64,000 nucleotides of DNA from an uncultured Latescibacterota bacterium (GCA_958295785.1 OY282377.1:3328385-3392384), one strand, 5' to 3'; shown: positions 8,628-18,527, counted from the first letter of the stretch. Program-made: numbers and translations. Notes: a model not told the origin generated them from the sequence alone.

Positions 8628-9893
8628 ATGCTGACGCAACGCGAACTGGGGCAGCGGTTGAAGCGTGCGCGCGAGGCAATCGGGTTGACCCAACAGCAGG
8701 TTGCCGATAGCGTCGCGCTTACCCGCGTTGCAATTTCCCAAATCGAATCGGGACGACGGGCGGTCAGTTCATTTGAACTCCTGCATCTCTCGCGTCTTTA
8801 CGGGCGAGATATGGTCAGTTTTTTTGACGAAAATGCCCACATGCAGGAGGCGGAAAACGCACTGACTGTCCTGTTTCGCACGCATCCCGAACTGGTTCAA
8901 ACCCCTGCGTGCAGAGAAGCATTGCAACGGGCCGATGAGATATTCCGAGAATATCTCAATTTGAAAGCCCTTTTGGATTTGGATACAGAACAGAACCTGC
9001 CGCCTGTATATGCTTGTCCCGAACCGAGAAATGTTTGGGAAGCCATTCATAAGGGCGAGCGCGTCGCCGAGGCGGAACGCAGTCGTCTGGCGTTGGGGCA
9101 TGATCCCATCCGCGATATGACCGAGTTGGTGGAATCGCAGGGCATACCCATCATTGAAATCAATTTGGATGATCAGATATCTGGTCTCTTTATCGCCCAT
9201 ACAGAAACGCAGTTGTGCATCTTCGTCAACCGAGAACAACTCGGTAGGGCAAGGGCGCGAGTCGCATTTACTATCGCCCATGAATACGGTCACATCTTGC
9301 TTGACCGGGATAAAGTCAGTGCCATCAGCAGAATCTCAAACGAGCGCGATTTGTTTGAAGTGCGTGCGAATGCTTTTGCCGCCGCGTTTCTCATGCCGGA
9401 AGAAGGGGTGAGTCAATTTCTCAAAACCATCGGCAAAGGCGCGTCCAGCCGCGAAAAGCTGTTGGCCTATACCGTGCCCGACCTGCTCGTGGGGCATCAC
9501 CGCCGCTTGGCATCCACCCAAGTCCTCACGCTTTACGATGTCGTCAAGTTCTGCGCGTATTTTGGAACCAGCTTTGAAGCCGCCCTGTACAGATTGAGAA
9601 ACACAAAGTTTCTTTCCGAGGGATCATTTGATCAACTCTACGAACAAAAAGAAAAAGCGAGGAAAATTGGACAACATCTCAAAATAGAAGAAGGAAGGCG
9701 AGACCACCCCAGCAGTTTCGCGGTCAATTTCACGGGGCTGGCTATCGAAGCCTATCGGCGCGACAAAATCACGTACGACAAATTGGTCAATCTCGCAGCA
9801 CAAGTGAAATTTGATTCTGAGGTCATAGACGAAGTACTCTCCTGCATGGGACTGGAAAACAATCGCGAAGAAGCGATCTATCTTCCGGAGTGA
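8628..9893 (+). CDS. XRE HTH + ImmA/IrrE-family metallopeptidase
   Basis: N-terminal HTH (LTQQQVA...ISQIESG), HEYGH zinc motif, EVRANAFAAAFLMP. Confidence 0.9.
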   Translation: MLTQRELGQRLKRAREAIGLTQQQVADSVALTRVAISQIESGRRAVSSFELLHLSRLYGRDMVSFFDENAHMQEAENALTVLFRTHPELVQTPACREALQRADEIFREYLNLKALLDLDTEQNLPPVYACPEPRNVWEAIHKGERVAEAERSRLALGHDPIRDMTELVESQGIPIIEINLDDQISGLFIAHTETQLCIFVNREQLGRARARVAFTIAHEYGHILLDRDKVSAISRISNERDLFEVRANAFAAAFLMPEEGVSQFLKTIGKGASSREKLLAYTVPDLLVGHHRRLASTQVLTLYDVVKFCAYFGTSFEAALYRLRNTKFLSEGSFDQLYEQKEKARKIGQHLKIEEGRRDHPSSFAVNFTGLAIEAYRRDKITYDKLVNLAAQVKFDSEVIDEVLSCMGLENNREEAIYLPE

Positions 9894-9926
9894 TCTCGTG
9901 TAGAAAAAACAGAGAGCCAGTCATGC

Positions 9927-10421
9927 GTGATTACGGACGCAAATATTCTGATCAATTTTATCAAAATTGACCGTGTGGATATTCTCCAACACCTGCGAGT
10001 GTATACTTTTTACTTGCCCGAGGAAGTATATCGGGAAATCACATATCCAGCACAACGGCTCGTTTTAGATCGCGCCCTCAAAAATGGATGGCTGAAAAAA
10101 ATTGTGATAACGGATCAAAATGAATTGCGTTCTTATGCAAAATACAAACGACAAATGGGTGATGGAGAGGCCGCGTGTTTGGCGATTGCGATTTGTCGAA
10201 AGTGGCTCATGGCCTGCGATGAACAAAAAAAGAAACTGATTTCCAGAACAGTTTAGCATCATTTGGGAGCGGGCTATCTCCTGAATACACCGGGTATTTT
10301 GCTCAAGGCCATACGCGAGAGCATTCTCACTATATCACAAGCAGACGCAATCAAAAACACGTTGGCGCAGAACCGATTTGTCATGCCATTTGCCTCTTTC
10401 CAGAATTTTAGCGCACCATAG
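9927..10421 (+). pseudogene. PIN-domain (DUF3368-like) toxin interrupted by an in-frame TAG at 10254-10256
   Basis: ITDANILI and GDGEAACLAIA motifs. The frame continues after TAG (HHLGAGYLLNTPGILLKAI...) to a TAG ending at 10421. Confidence 0.75.
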
Positions 10422-10510
10422 CCCTGCTTCGAAAAAAAAGGCGTGAGGGTTTGTTTCCGCACGGCCTGTTACTCGGTCCAAAGCGATCAAATTTATGGCA
10501 TAAAAGAAAT

Positions 10511-10597
10511 CCATTCGCCAAACCCATATCCGGGCGCATCGCGGTCAAGGTGATCAACCACTTGGGCGACGAGGTGATGAAAGTGTTTCGGGTGTAA
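10511..10597 (+). repeat. Second copy of the mod 3' end
   Basis: 10511-10593 matches 7981-8063 at 81/83 nt, followed by its own TAA stop. Confidence 0.95.
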
Positions 10598-10611
10598 AGG
10601 AGTGGTAATTT

Positions 10612-13600
10612 ATGAATTTTCCAGACCAAAGCCATATTGACCGAGTCCGTGAAGCACTCTGGCAACGTTCAAGCGATGCGTCCGTCATGGTTGGGAGCGG
10701 TTTCAGCCGAAACGCCTTGAAATCCCGACCAGATGCAGACGACCCTCCAACATGGCGCGAAGTGACAAAAGCGGTATCCGATAAACTGTATTCCCAAGAC
10801 GACGGTAGCGATGTGATTTTGAGATCCTCGGCAACGGGCGACTTTTTGCAGTTGGCCCAAGAGTATGAGGCCGCGTTCGGACGCGGGGACCTGCATCTCT
10901 TTATCCAAAGGTTGATTCGGGACGACGATTTCAAGCCAGGTGATCTACATACGCGGTTGCTACGGCTTCCTTGGCGCGATGTCTTCACAACCAATTGGGA
11001 CACGCTTTTGGAACGGGCGTGTTCTTTTGTAGCTGATCGCGCCTACAGCGTTGTGAGAAACATGGATGAGATTTCGTTGGCTGATCAGCCTCGCATTATC
11101 AAACTGCACGGATCGCTTCCCGCACATTTCCCGCTGATTTTCACGGAAGAAGATTATCGAACTTATCCAAGGAAATTTGCTCCGTTCGTGAACACCGTTC
11201 AGCAAGCAATGATGGAAACAGTATTTTGTCTGATCGGCTTCTCGAGTGATGATCCAAATTTTTTGCAATGGTCGGGATGGGTTCGTGACAATCTGGGTGA
11301 ATCCGCCCCGAAGATATATTTGGCCGGATGGCTGGATTTGTCACCTCACAGGCGCAGGATGCTTGAAGACCGCAACATGGTTTCTATTGATCTTGCGCGT
11401 CATCCGCATGCGAACAAATGGCCGGAACACAAGCGACATCAATACGCAACCAATTGGATTTTGCATTCATTGGAACGTGGACGCCCATACGAAGTCACAG
11501 AGTGGCCTTCTCGATCAGAGCGGCAACTTCTACCAATACCGAAAGAACTTCAACCTGTTAAAGAAGTTGTTCCTGATGAACCAAGAGAGGAGATAGATGC
11601 GCCAGCGTGGCCTGGAAATGATTCGGGAAATTTATTAGAAAAGGTGAAGGAATGCCTCAAGATTTGGACGCATAACAGGAAAATCTATCCGGGTTGGTTA
11701 GCTACCCCCGCAAGTGCGCGACATTCCATGAGTTGGGACACCGAACAATGGGAATCACCGATTTTAAGCGTGCTTCCCAACTTTGCTCCAGTAGAACGCT
11801 TGAAAGCCATTCGGGAGTTGATGTGGCGCAGGGAAATCATGCTGGATCCGATCTCTAACGAACTTGAAACCGCCGCCCAAAAAATCTTGGAAGAGATAGA
11901 CTGCCAAGCTCGAACAATTGGGGGTGTTGCCGATACAAGCGTTAATTGGGCGGACATGCGGGAAACTTGGCGTACTGTCGCGCTCGTGCTCGTGACAGCA
12001 ACGAGATTTGAATTTGATGAAGACCTGTTTGAGGAACGGATTGCGGCACTGTCCCCTTTCCGTGACGATCATCCAGACATCGTTCAACGGATACATCACG
12101 AGCGTTGTCTATGGGCGGTTTATGCGCTCAATTTCGAGAAGTTGGAAGGCTTACTCAAGGATTGGAAAACTGAAAATTGTGATCCAGTCTGGATGATGAG
12201 AAAAGCCGCTATCCTTTTCGAAATAAATCAAAATGACGACGCAATTCAACTGATCAACCACGCGCTTTCGGCTATCCGTGAGAATCTTGGCGATAAACGT
12301 AGCTTAGCCGGTCCTTCCCGCGAGGGTTGGGCACTGTGGTTGGCACTGGCATTTGAAGAAGGATGGGGGGAACCAAATAAAAACCTTATTGACGCACCTC
12401 CAGCTTTCAGAAGATGGCAGGAGTTGGCATCGCTGAAATGTGATGCCTTCACAGAGAAACACTGGTACGCCGAAGCAATCAAAGGCAGTGAAGAAAAAAA
12501 AGAAAAACTGCCCTTCGACCTTGGTCAGGGGCAAGGGTATCACTTTCACCTATCCAATGCCGAATATGATCGATATATTGCAGCTTATCGTGCAATTCGT
12601 CTCTCTGAAGTAGCCGGGTTACCTCCATCTACTAGCAGTTTTGTCGTAGCTTCGGATATATTGAAACTTGCCGCCGATAGGCTAGCCATGACGAATCCAG
12701 AGATGACCGCACGTCTGATCCTTCGAGTTTTGAACTATGACGGGGACTCTATGCTCACGCATGTTCTTTCGCGTCCTCGGGTGGCCGCTATGCCAGTGGA
12801 CTCGGTGGAAAGGCTTATTCAGGTCTGTAACAATGCCATTGAATACGCGCTCCCTTGGATATCGGGTGGACGCAGGCATGCCATGTTCTGGATTGAACGA
12901 TTTCGCGTTGTCTTGGAAGTACTATCTCGGCTTGTTCTCCGATCTGATCCCGAAACGGCAGAAACTATTTTTGATAAAGCACTTGAATATTACCGAAATG
13001 ATCACATAGCTCAGTGCCGGCTTTTAGAAGGACCTGTCCAACATATTCTGAAACGTTCTTGGGAAACCTTACCTAAAGATCGCCAGACTGACCGCGTGCT
13101 CGATCTGTTGAATGCGCCTATTGTTGGTATAGACGGATTTACTGGATCTGAAGGCTACCCAGATCCCGGGAAATTGCTATATCACAGAAATCCTCTGCCC
13201 ATTCGCACGTCGGACAACGAGAACCACTGGCAAGAAATCATCAGTCTGAATGTGCGTGGTTTGAACGCTGGTGGGGAAGCGCGCAAACGAGCATCTGTCA
13301 GAATAGCCCAAATAGCCTCGAAAGGACGGCTGTCGGATGATGAGGAATCGCAAGTCGCTCAAGCACTTTGGAGCCAAGATCATACCAACCCCAATGATCT
13401 ACCGGGTGGAACTAATATCTATGAGTGGGTATTTCTTCTATTACCACAGCCGAAGCCAGGCCTTGCAGAAGAGCGTTTTCGTCGCAAATGGCTCAATACT
13501 GACAACCTCTCTCAAGGCGATGGGGCCGATTTGGATGAAATTCTCTCGCAAGTTGGTTCTGCGATTTCCGGACTAAAAGCTCACCAGCATCAGCTAACGC

Positions 13601-14415
13601 TTTCGGATAAAGAGAAGAACTATCTTGCAGACCTTGTCGGGCGGTGGGCAGAATGTCGACCGTTGCCAAAAATAGGGCACTTTCCAGATAATGAGCGCAT
13701 TCGTCTTGAGAATCGGGCCATTGATGGCCTGCTATTTATCCTATTGGCAGTGTCGATTCCAGAAACCACAGCTACAAAACTCTACAAAAAAGTTCAAGAC
13801 CTAAAAGAATCTGACACGCCAGGGCTGAGGCTTATCGCCAGCATTGTTAAGGCATTGCCCGATCAGGTTGATGAAATCGCTTTGTTTGTAAGAATGGAAT
13901 TGACATCTGATAATAAAGGCTGGGCCGGGAATGCTACACGGGGATTAAATTTTTGGTTAGAGGCTGCGTCCGATTCAACGCTCGGCATACAGCCTCCACC
14001 TGATGACTTGGTTCATGAAATTGGCATCGTAATCGCTACCCGTAGAAAAGTAGTTCTCAAACAGGCATTGGAGATAGCAAAATGGGTATTTGAGGAAGGA
14101 AGTGAGGAACAGAGAGAAGTCATTAGCCAGTTGACGATACAGGGGCTGGGTTATCTGATTGAGGAATTGCGATACGACAGAGAGCACGATCAGGATAATG
14201 ACTTTGATGTGCCGTTTTTGCGCTGGGTCTGCACACATCTTGCCTTAGCAATGGCGGAGCATGGCTTGGCCGACGACCCGACTGTTGCTCGCTGGCTGGA
14301 GATTGCCAAAGAAGACCCGCTCCCGGAAGTGCGGCAGGCAAAGCATTCCGCTTTTGCTCGTCAGCATAAGGAGAAGGAAAGCACGGGCGAAGAGCCAATG
14401 TCTCAAGCCGAGTAA
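10612..14415 (+). CDS. SIR2-domain anti-phage NADase, Dsr1-like
   Basis: SIR2_2 motifs VGSGFSRNA, TTNWDTLLE, KLHGS and CLIGFSSDDPNF, followed by a long helical C-terminal region (1267 aa). Confidence 0.85.
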   Translation: MNFPDQSHIDRVREALWQRSSDASVMVGSGFSRNALKSRPDADDPPTWREVTKAVSDKLYSQDDGSDVILRSSATGDFLQLAQEYEAAFGRGDLHLFIQRLIRDDDFKPGDLHTRLLRLPWRDVFTTNWDTLLERACSFVADRAYSVVRNMDEISLADQPRIIKLHGSLPAHFPLIFTEEDYRTYPRKFAPFVNTVQQAMMETVFCLIGFSSDDPNFLQWSGWVRDNLGESAPKIYLAGWLDLSPHRRRMLEDRNMVSIDLARHPHANKWPEHKRHQYATNWILHSLERGRPYEVTEWPSRSERQLLPIPKELQPVKEVVPDEPREEIDAPAWPGNDSGNLLEKVKECLKIWTHNRKIYPGWLATPASARHSMSWDTEQWESPILSVLPNFAPVERLKAIRELMWRREIMLDPISNELETAAQKILEEIDCQARTIGGVADTSVNWADMRETWRTVALVLVTATRFEFDEDLFEERIAALSPFRDDHPDIVQRIHHERCLWAVYALNFEKLEGLLKDWKTENCDPVWMMRKAAILFEINQNDDAIQLINHALSAIRENLGDKRSLAGPSREGWALWLALAFEEGWGEPNKNLIDAPPAFRRWQELASLKCDAFTEKHWYAEAIKGSEEKKEKLPFDLGQGQGYHFHLSNAEYDRYIAAYRAIRLSEVAGLPPSTSSFVVASDILKLAADRLAMTNPEMTARLILRVLNYDGDSMLTHVLSRPRVAAMPVDSVERLIQVCNNAIEYALPWISGGRRHAMFWIERFRVVLEVLSRLVLRSDPETAETIFDKALEYYRNDHIAQCRLLEGPVQHILKRSWETLPKDRQTDRVLDLLNAPIVGIDGFTGSEGYPDPGKLLYHRNPLPIRTSDNENHWQEIISLNVRGLNAGGEARKRASVRIAQIASKGRLSDDEESQVAQALWSQDHTNPNDLPGGTNIYEWVFLLLPQPKPGLAEERFRRKWLNTDNLSQGDGADLDEILSQVGSAISGLKAHQHQLTLSDKEKNYLADLVGRWAECRPLPKIGHFPDNERIRLENRAIDGLLFILLAVSIPETTATKLYKKVQDLKESDTPGLRLIASIVKALPDQVDEIALFVRMELTSDNKGWAGNATRGLNFWLEAASDSTLGIQPPPDDLVHEIGIVIATRRKVVLKQALEIAKWVFEEGSEEQREVISQLTIQGLGYLIEELRYDREHDQDNDFDVPFLRWVCTHLALAMAEHGLADDPTVARWLEIAKEDPLPEVRQAKHSAFARQHKEKESTGEEPMSQAE

Positions 14416-14501
14416 ATTGATAGAACCAACGATAGGCAGGCGAGAGGCAATGGCCCTGAAAAATTTTATGTACTGAACGGTATTGCCGTACACATTGCGA
14501 T

Positions 14502-14792
14502 ATGATCATTCGTTCTGTTCGACACAGGGGATTGCGCCAGCTGATAGAACACGACAATCCCCAATTCCTGCAACGCGACTTGGTTGACCGAGTACGCAAG
14601 ATATTGACGGCACTGATCTTGGCTGAGGATTTGGACAGTTTTATCGCCGATGCCCCTCAAGGCTGGCGCGTCCACCGTCTCTCAGGTAACCGTCAAGACG
14701 CCTGGAGCATTTCGATATCTGGCAATTGGCGGATCACGTTTGAAGAAGATACGGGCTATATTGACCGCTTAAACTTGGAGGATTACCACTGA
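14502..14792 (+). CDS. higB: HigB/RelE-like toxin
   Basis: IRSVRHRGL, HRLSGNR..WSISISGNWRITF and EDYH motifs. Confidence 0.88.
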   Translation: MIIRSVRHRGLRQLIEHDNPQFLQRDLVDRVRKILTALILAEDLDSFIADAPQGWRVHRLSGNRQDAWSISISGNWRITFEEDTGYIDRLNLEDYH

Positions 14793-15097
14793 TGGCAACC
14801 GATGGCCTCACAGTGACCATGACCCCTTCGCATCCGGGCGACTTCATTCGCACAGAGGTCATTGAGGAGTTGGGGGTAAGTGTGACGCGGGCAGCCGAGA
14901 TTCTGGGGGTTCGTCAAGCGACGCTTTCGGAGGTGCTAAACGGCCATGCCGCGCTATCGCCGGAAATGGCCCTACGCATCGAAAAGGCATTTGATATCAG
15001 CATGGATATGCTACTGCGAATGCAGGCTTGGTATGACGCCTCGCAAATGCGCGCCCGGGCAAATGAGATCGAGGTTCAACGGTACGCGTCCGCTTGA
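14792..15097 (+). CDS. higA: HigA antitoxin
   Basis: HPGDFIR...LSPEMALRIEKAF...LRMQAWYD; overlaps the higB stop codon. Confidence 0.9.
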   Translation: MATDGLTVTMTPSHPGDFIRTEVIEELGVSVTRAAEILGVRQATLSEVLNGHAALSPEMALRIEKAFDISMDMLLRMQAWYDASQMRARANEIEVQRYASA

Positions 15098-15109
15098 TAG
15101 ATAGAGGCA

Positions 15110-15140
15110 GTGATGAAAGTATTTCGCGTTTCATGACCGC
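15110..15140 (+). repeat. Third copy of the mod 3' end, including post-stop bases
   Basis: gtgatgaaagtatttcgcgtttcatgaccgc matches 8044-8074 at 29/31 nt. Confidence 0.85.
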
Positions 15141-15360
15141 ACTCGTGCGAGCGCATTGTGCGACTCTCCTTGGAACAATCGGTTTAGACATGTTTAGATG
15201 ATTTAGCCACAAAAGGCACACAGATGCTGTTACATAAAATGTTTCGCATGTAAGGGCACTGCGACGAAAGGCAGTGTCATCCATGAAAAAAAATGAAGAT
15301 TGGAGAGAGCTAAAGCGGAAAATTGATCGGGTCAAGCGCGATGTTTTCAACAGAAACCAC

Positions 15361-15389
15361 TTGACACATCCTTGAGTGTGCGATACATT
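15361..15389 (+). promoter_or_regulatory. Candidate sigma70 promoter immediately left of the IS
   Basis: TTGACA at 15361, 17-bp spacer, TACATT. Confidence 0.45.
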
Positions 15390-15397
15390 TTAAAACA

Positions 15398-16489
15398 TAG
15401 GACTTACGCAATTTTCATTGGAATATGAGGTGCTTTGAGTTGTTGTCTCAAGAAGTCAGCCACCCCCCGGTATTTGACTTGATAAATGGTTTGTCCTGTT
15501 TGATAGGCCACCTGCGCGAGTCTTATCCAAACGAACATCGCACACCCAATATGATTTCGTACCATGCGTGCCAACCGACATTGACACTTTTCAAGCCCGG
15601 TTACCTGTTTGACTTCGCGGTGAAATTGCTCAATTTTCCATCTTTGGTGACACACCTGTTGTACCCCTGAAGAATCGTTTTGAGCATGGTCGTTCGTTAC
15701 GACATACGCCGTGCGTCTGGCAGCAGACGCCACCCGGAATAATTTCACTTTGTGGTCTTTGGGGAACCCTCTGATTTTAATTAGCTTGCCTTGTTTGCGC
15801 TCCGCTTGAGTCCAAGTTAAGCTATCTACGCGCTGGTAGGGGGTTGTGCCTGCCGAATCGTCCACGCGCCGGTTCGTCTTGAGGGGACAATAATAGGTTT
15901 TTTGCATCTGCTCTATGTGTAGCATGACTGTTTTGGTCGCATACCAACTGTCCATCAAGACCCCGGTAAAAGGGAGGCCCTTCTGATAGACCAACCCAGA
16001 GAGCATGTCCTTGAGATGATCCCATTTGGTTTTGCCATCGCCTTGCGGGTCATAAATCCGATAGTCAATCAGCCAGAACCGATCCTGTTGCGGATGGACA
16101 TAGACACATGTGACCACCCCAATGCCGTTGATGACGCCTTGGGCGTTGCCGCTCTATTGACGGCGCACTCACGCGATCTTGCGTGCGTGTCGCTTGTCTA
16201 AAACCGTGTCATCAAAGATCACATAGCCTTTGGGCGTCAACGCGATGTGGTCTTTGACGTGTTCCCACACCAAGCGGGGAGGGATACGATCACCGGCGAG
16301 ATAGCGGTTGATCATATCATGACTGAACCCTTCGCTATGGTCGGCGAAATGGGTCAGGGTATAGTTGAGGGGACTGCTAAGCAGATACTGACAGTAATCC
16401 AAACGCGTCGGGTGGCGCATTGACACCTCCTCAAAGTGATAAATTTTACGGAATTGCACCCTTTGTTAACTCAGCATGCGTAAGTCCTA
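15398..16489 (-). mobile_element. IS701-family insertion sequence (~1.1 kb)
   Basis: Perfect TIR TAGGACTTACGCA/TGCGTAAGTCCTA. Flanking direct repeat AAACA (TAAAACATA if the TA belongs to the target). Confidence 0.88.
15404..16420 (-). pseudogene. IS701-family DDE transposase with two in-frame stops (TGA, TAG) near 16171-16154
   Basis: The two ORFs share a frame and read KIA*VRRQ*SGNAQG. DDE motifs FDDTVLDK, MDSWY and RWKIEQFHRE. Confidence 0.85.
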
Positions 16490-16556
16490 AAACATAGAGA
16501 TATAAACCTTTCTGTTCGCAAGAAATTGTAAGCGCACGGAAAGAGAGGGAAGGATA

Positions 16557-16594
16557 AAGGGTGCTTATGTGTAATTGAGCACCCTTCTTTTTTT
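16557..16594 (+). terminator. Intrinsic-terminator-like hairpin in the leader of the ArsC/Spx gene
   Basis: aagggtgctt/gagcaccctt stem followed by a T-run. Confidence 0.6.
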
Positions 16595-16656
16595 GAGGAG
16601 AATGTGGCATGGACATAACAGCGGTCTATCTCGATGGTGGATACAAGGAGACGCCA

Positions 16657-17013
16657 ATGTCTAAAATTGACTTTTACACCTGGAACAGATGAAGCACCTG
16701 TCGCAAGGTGAAAGCGTGGCTTTCACGAGAAGGGGTGGATGTGGTGGAAAGGGATTTTTTTGTGGATGGCTTTACAGACGCAGAACTTCGGGCGTTGCTC
16801 GGAGACCTGCCGCCGGATGACGTATTCTCGTGGCGGAGTCCGTCTGCGCGTGCGCTGAGGCGCGACCGAGATGCGGTGTCGGCAGACGAACTGATCCGTC
16901 TGATGGTGGCACAGCCTCGGCTGATCCGCCGGCCCTTGATCCGCGCAGGCGGGCGCCTGTTTGTGGGCACGGACAAGGCGGCGATGGCAGAGGCATTTCC
17001 CGGATTGGCGTGA
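16657..17013 (+). CDS. ArsC/Spx-family thioredoxin-fold selenoprotein (UxxC)
   Basis: RBS aaggag and ATG 16657 give MSKIDFYTWNR-TGA-STCRKVKAWL...PRLIRRPLI. The TGA (16690) sits at the first Cys of CxxC, and a hairpin follows. Confidence 0.8.
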
Positions 17014-17043
17014 CGCGCTTGCGTACAAGAAAGGGATTCACCG

Positions 17044-17460
17044 ATGAATTTCAACACCACCACATTTCGCCAATTGATGGGCAATGGCCTGAGTGATCGC
17101 GTGCCCCAGTTCCAACGCGATTATTCATGGGGCACGGACGAATGGGACGACCTGTGGCAGGACATGGTCGGGCTGTTTGGCGAAGACCCGGACCCGCGCA
17201 TTACATGGGCTACTCGGTGTTGCAATCGCCCGACAACCGAGCGTTCGACATTCTCGACGCGAGGCGTTCACCTATTTGGCAACAGCGGACAATCGCACGT
17301 TGGGAAAGACCGGCTTCTCAGAAAAGCGTCCTGTTTATCAAAAAAGCCAATTCGCCATCACTCGCAAATCAGCAGAAAACTGCGACACTTGGACGACCGA
17401 CAAAATTCGTTCACATCAGAACTGGATGGGCGAACGGGCATCTGGCGCGTCAATTTCTGA
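17044..17460 (+). pseudogene. Collapsed remnant of a DUF262/DUF1524 (GmrSD-like) nuclease gene
   Basis: N-terminal VPQFQRDYSW...LWQD motif. A frameshifted C-terminal remnant (YQKSQFAITR...WTTDKIRSHQNW) follows; the middle is missing. Confidence 0.7.
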
Positions 17461-17471
17461 ACCGACCTCAA

Positions 17472-18527
17472 TCATCCCACCTCGACTTCTCGCCCCGTGC
17501 GACCCGATTCAAACACCGCATTGATAATTTCCACGGCATGGCGCGCGCTTTCAAGGCCGATCATCGGATCGCGGTCTTCGTTGATGGCCTCGACCAAGTC
17601 CGCAATAATCGTGGTGTGTCCGTCTGAACTGACCGCCATGGGGTCCGCGGAGATGTTCTTCTGCTTGTCTTCCCGGCTGCCGTACAAGCCCAGCATCTCT
17701 TCTTCTTCGGCTTCGTTCTCGCCCTGAATTTTCCAAGTGATCAGCTTTGACGCATCTTTCATAATGGACCCCTTCGCGCCGTAAATGGTCACCAGTTGGG
17801 AAAGGCCGGGGTAGCAACAGGTCGTCGTATAAACCGTGCCGATGGCGCCATTTTTGAATTTGAACAACGCCACAGTCTGGTCCTCGGCTTCGATGTCGTG
17901 CCCAAAGACGCCAAACATGCCCATCACAGACGCGACACCGCCGGCGAGCCACTGGATCAAATCCACGGTATGCACCCCCTGATTCATCAGTGAACCGCCG
18001 CCATCGAGATCCCATGTCCCCTTCCACGAGCCGTGTGCGCCCTGATAATAGCTCTGTGCGCGATACCACGGCAGATGGCCGTGTACCCCGATCAACTCGC
18101 CCAACTTGCCGCTGTCTATCGCCTCTTTAATGCGCCGGTTTAAGGGATCCAGACGCGCTTGAAAAATACACCCGGCCTTGACGCCGGCATCTTTCACCGC
18201 ACCGATGAGTTGATCCACGCGCTCGGGCGTAATATCCGCTGGCTTCTCCACGATCATGTGCTTGCCCGCATCTGCGGCCTGAATGCCCAGCGCGGCGTGC
18301 TTGCCAGACTCCACGCAAATATTGACGATCTGCACTTCATCGTCCTGAAGCATCTCTTCGTAACTCGCGTACGCCTTGCACCCATATTGCTCGGCCACCG
18401 GCTCCAAACGATCTTCATCCACATCGCACACCGCCACCAACTTCGCCCCTTGGGCCTCTGTGACAGATCGACAATGATGCTTGCCCATCCCCAGTCCAAC
18501 AACGCCAAAACCCAGTTCTTTTGCCAT
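17472..18527 (-). CDS. Gfo/Idh/MocA oxidoreductase
   Basis: GVVGLGMG, VEKP and GGGSLMNQGVHTVD motifs. Confidence 0.92.
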   Translation of the reverse strand: MAKELGFGVVGLGMGKHHCRSVTEAQGAKLVAVCDVDEDRLEPVAEQYGCKAYASYEEMLQDDEVQIVNICVESGKHAALGIQAADAGKHMIVEKPADITPERVDQLIGAVKDAGVKAGCIFQARLDPLNRRIKEAIDSGKLGELIGVHGHLPWYRAQSYYQGAHGSWKGTWDLDGGGSLMNQGVHTVDLIQWLAGGVASVMGMFGVFGHDIEAEDQTVALFKFKNGAIGTVYTTTCCYPGLSQLVTIYGAKGSIMKDASKLITWKIQGENEAEEEEMLGLYGSREDKQKNISADPMAVSSDGHTTIIADLVEAINEDRDPMIGLESARHAVEIINAVFESGRTGREVEVG

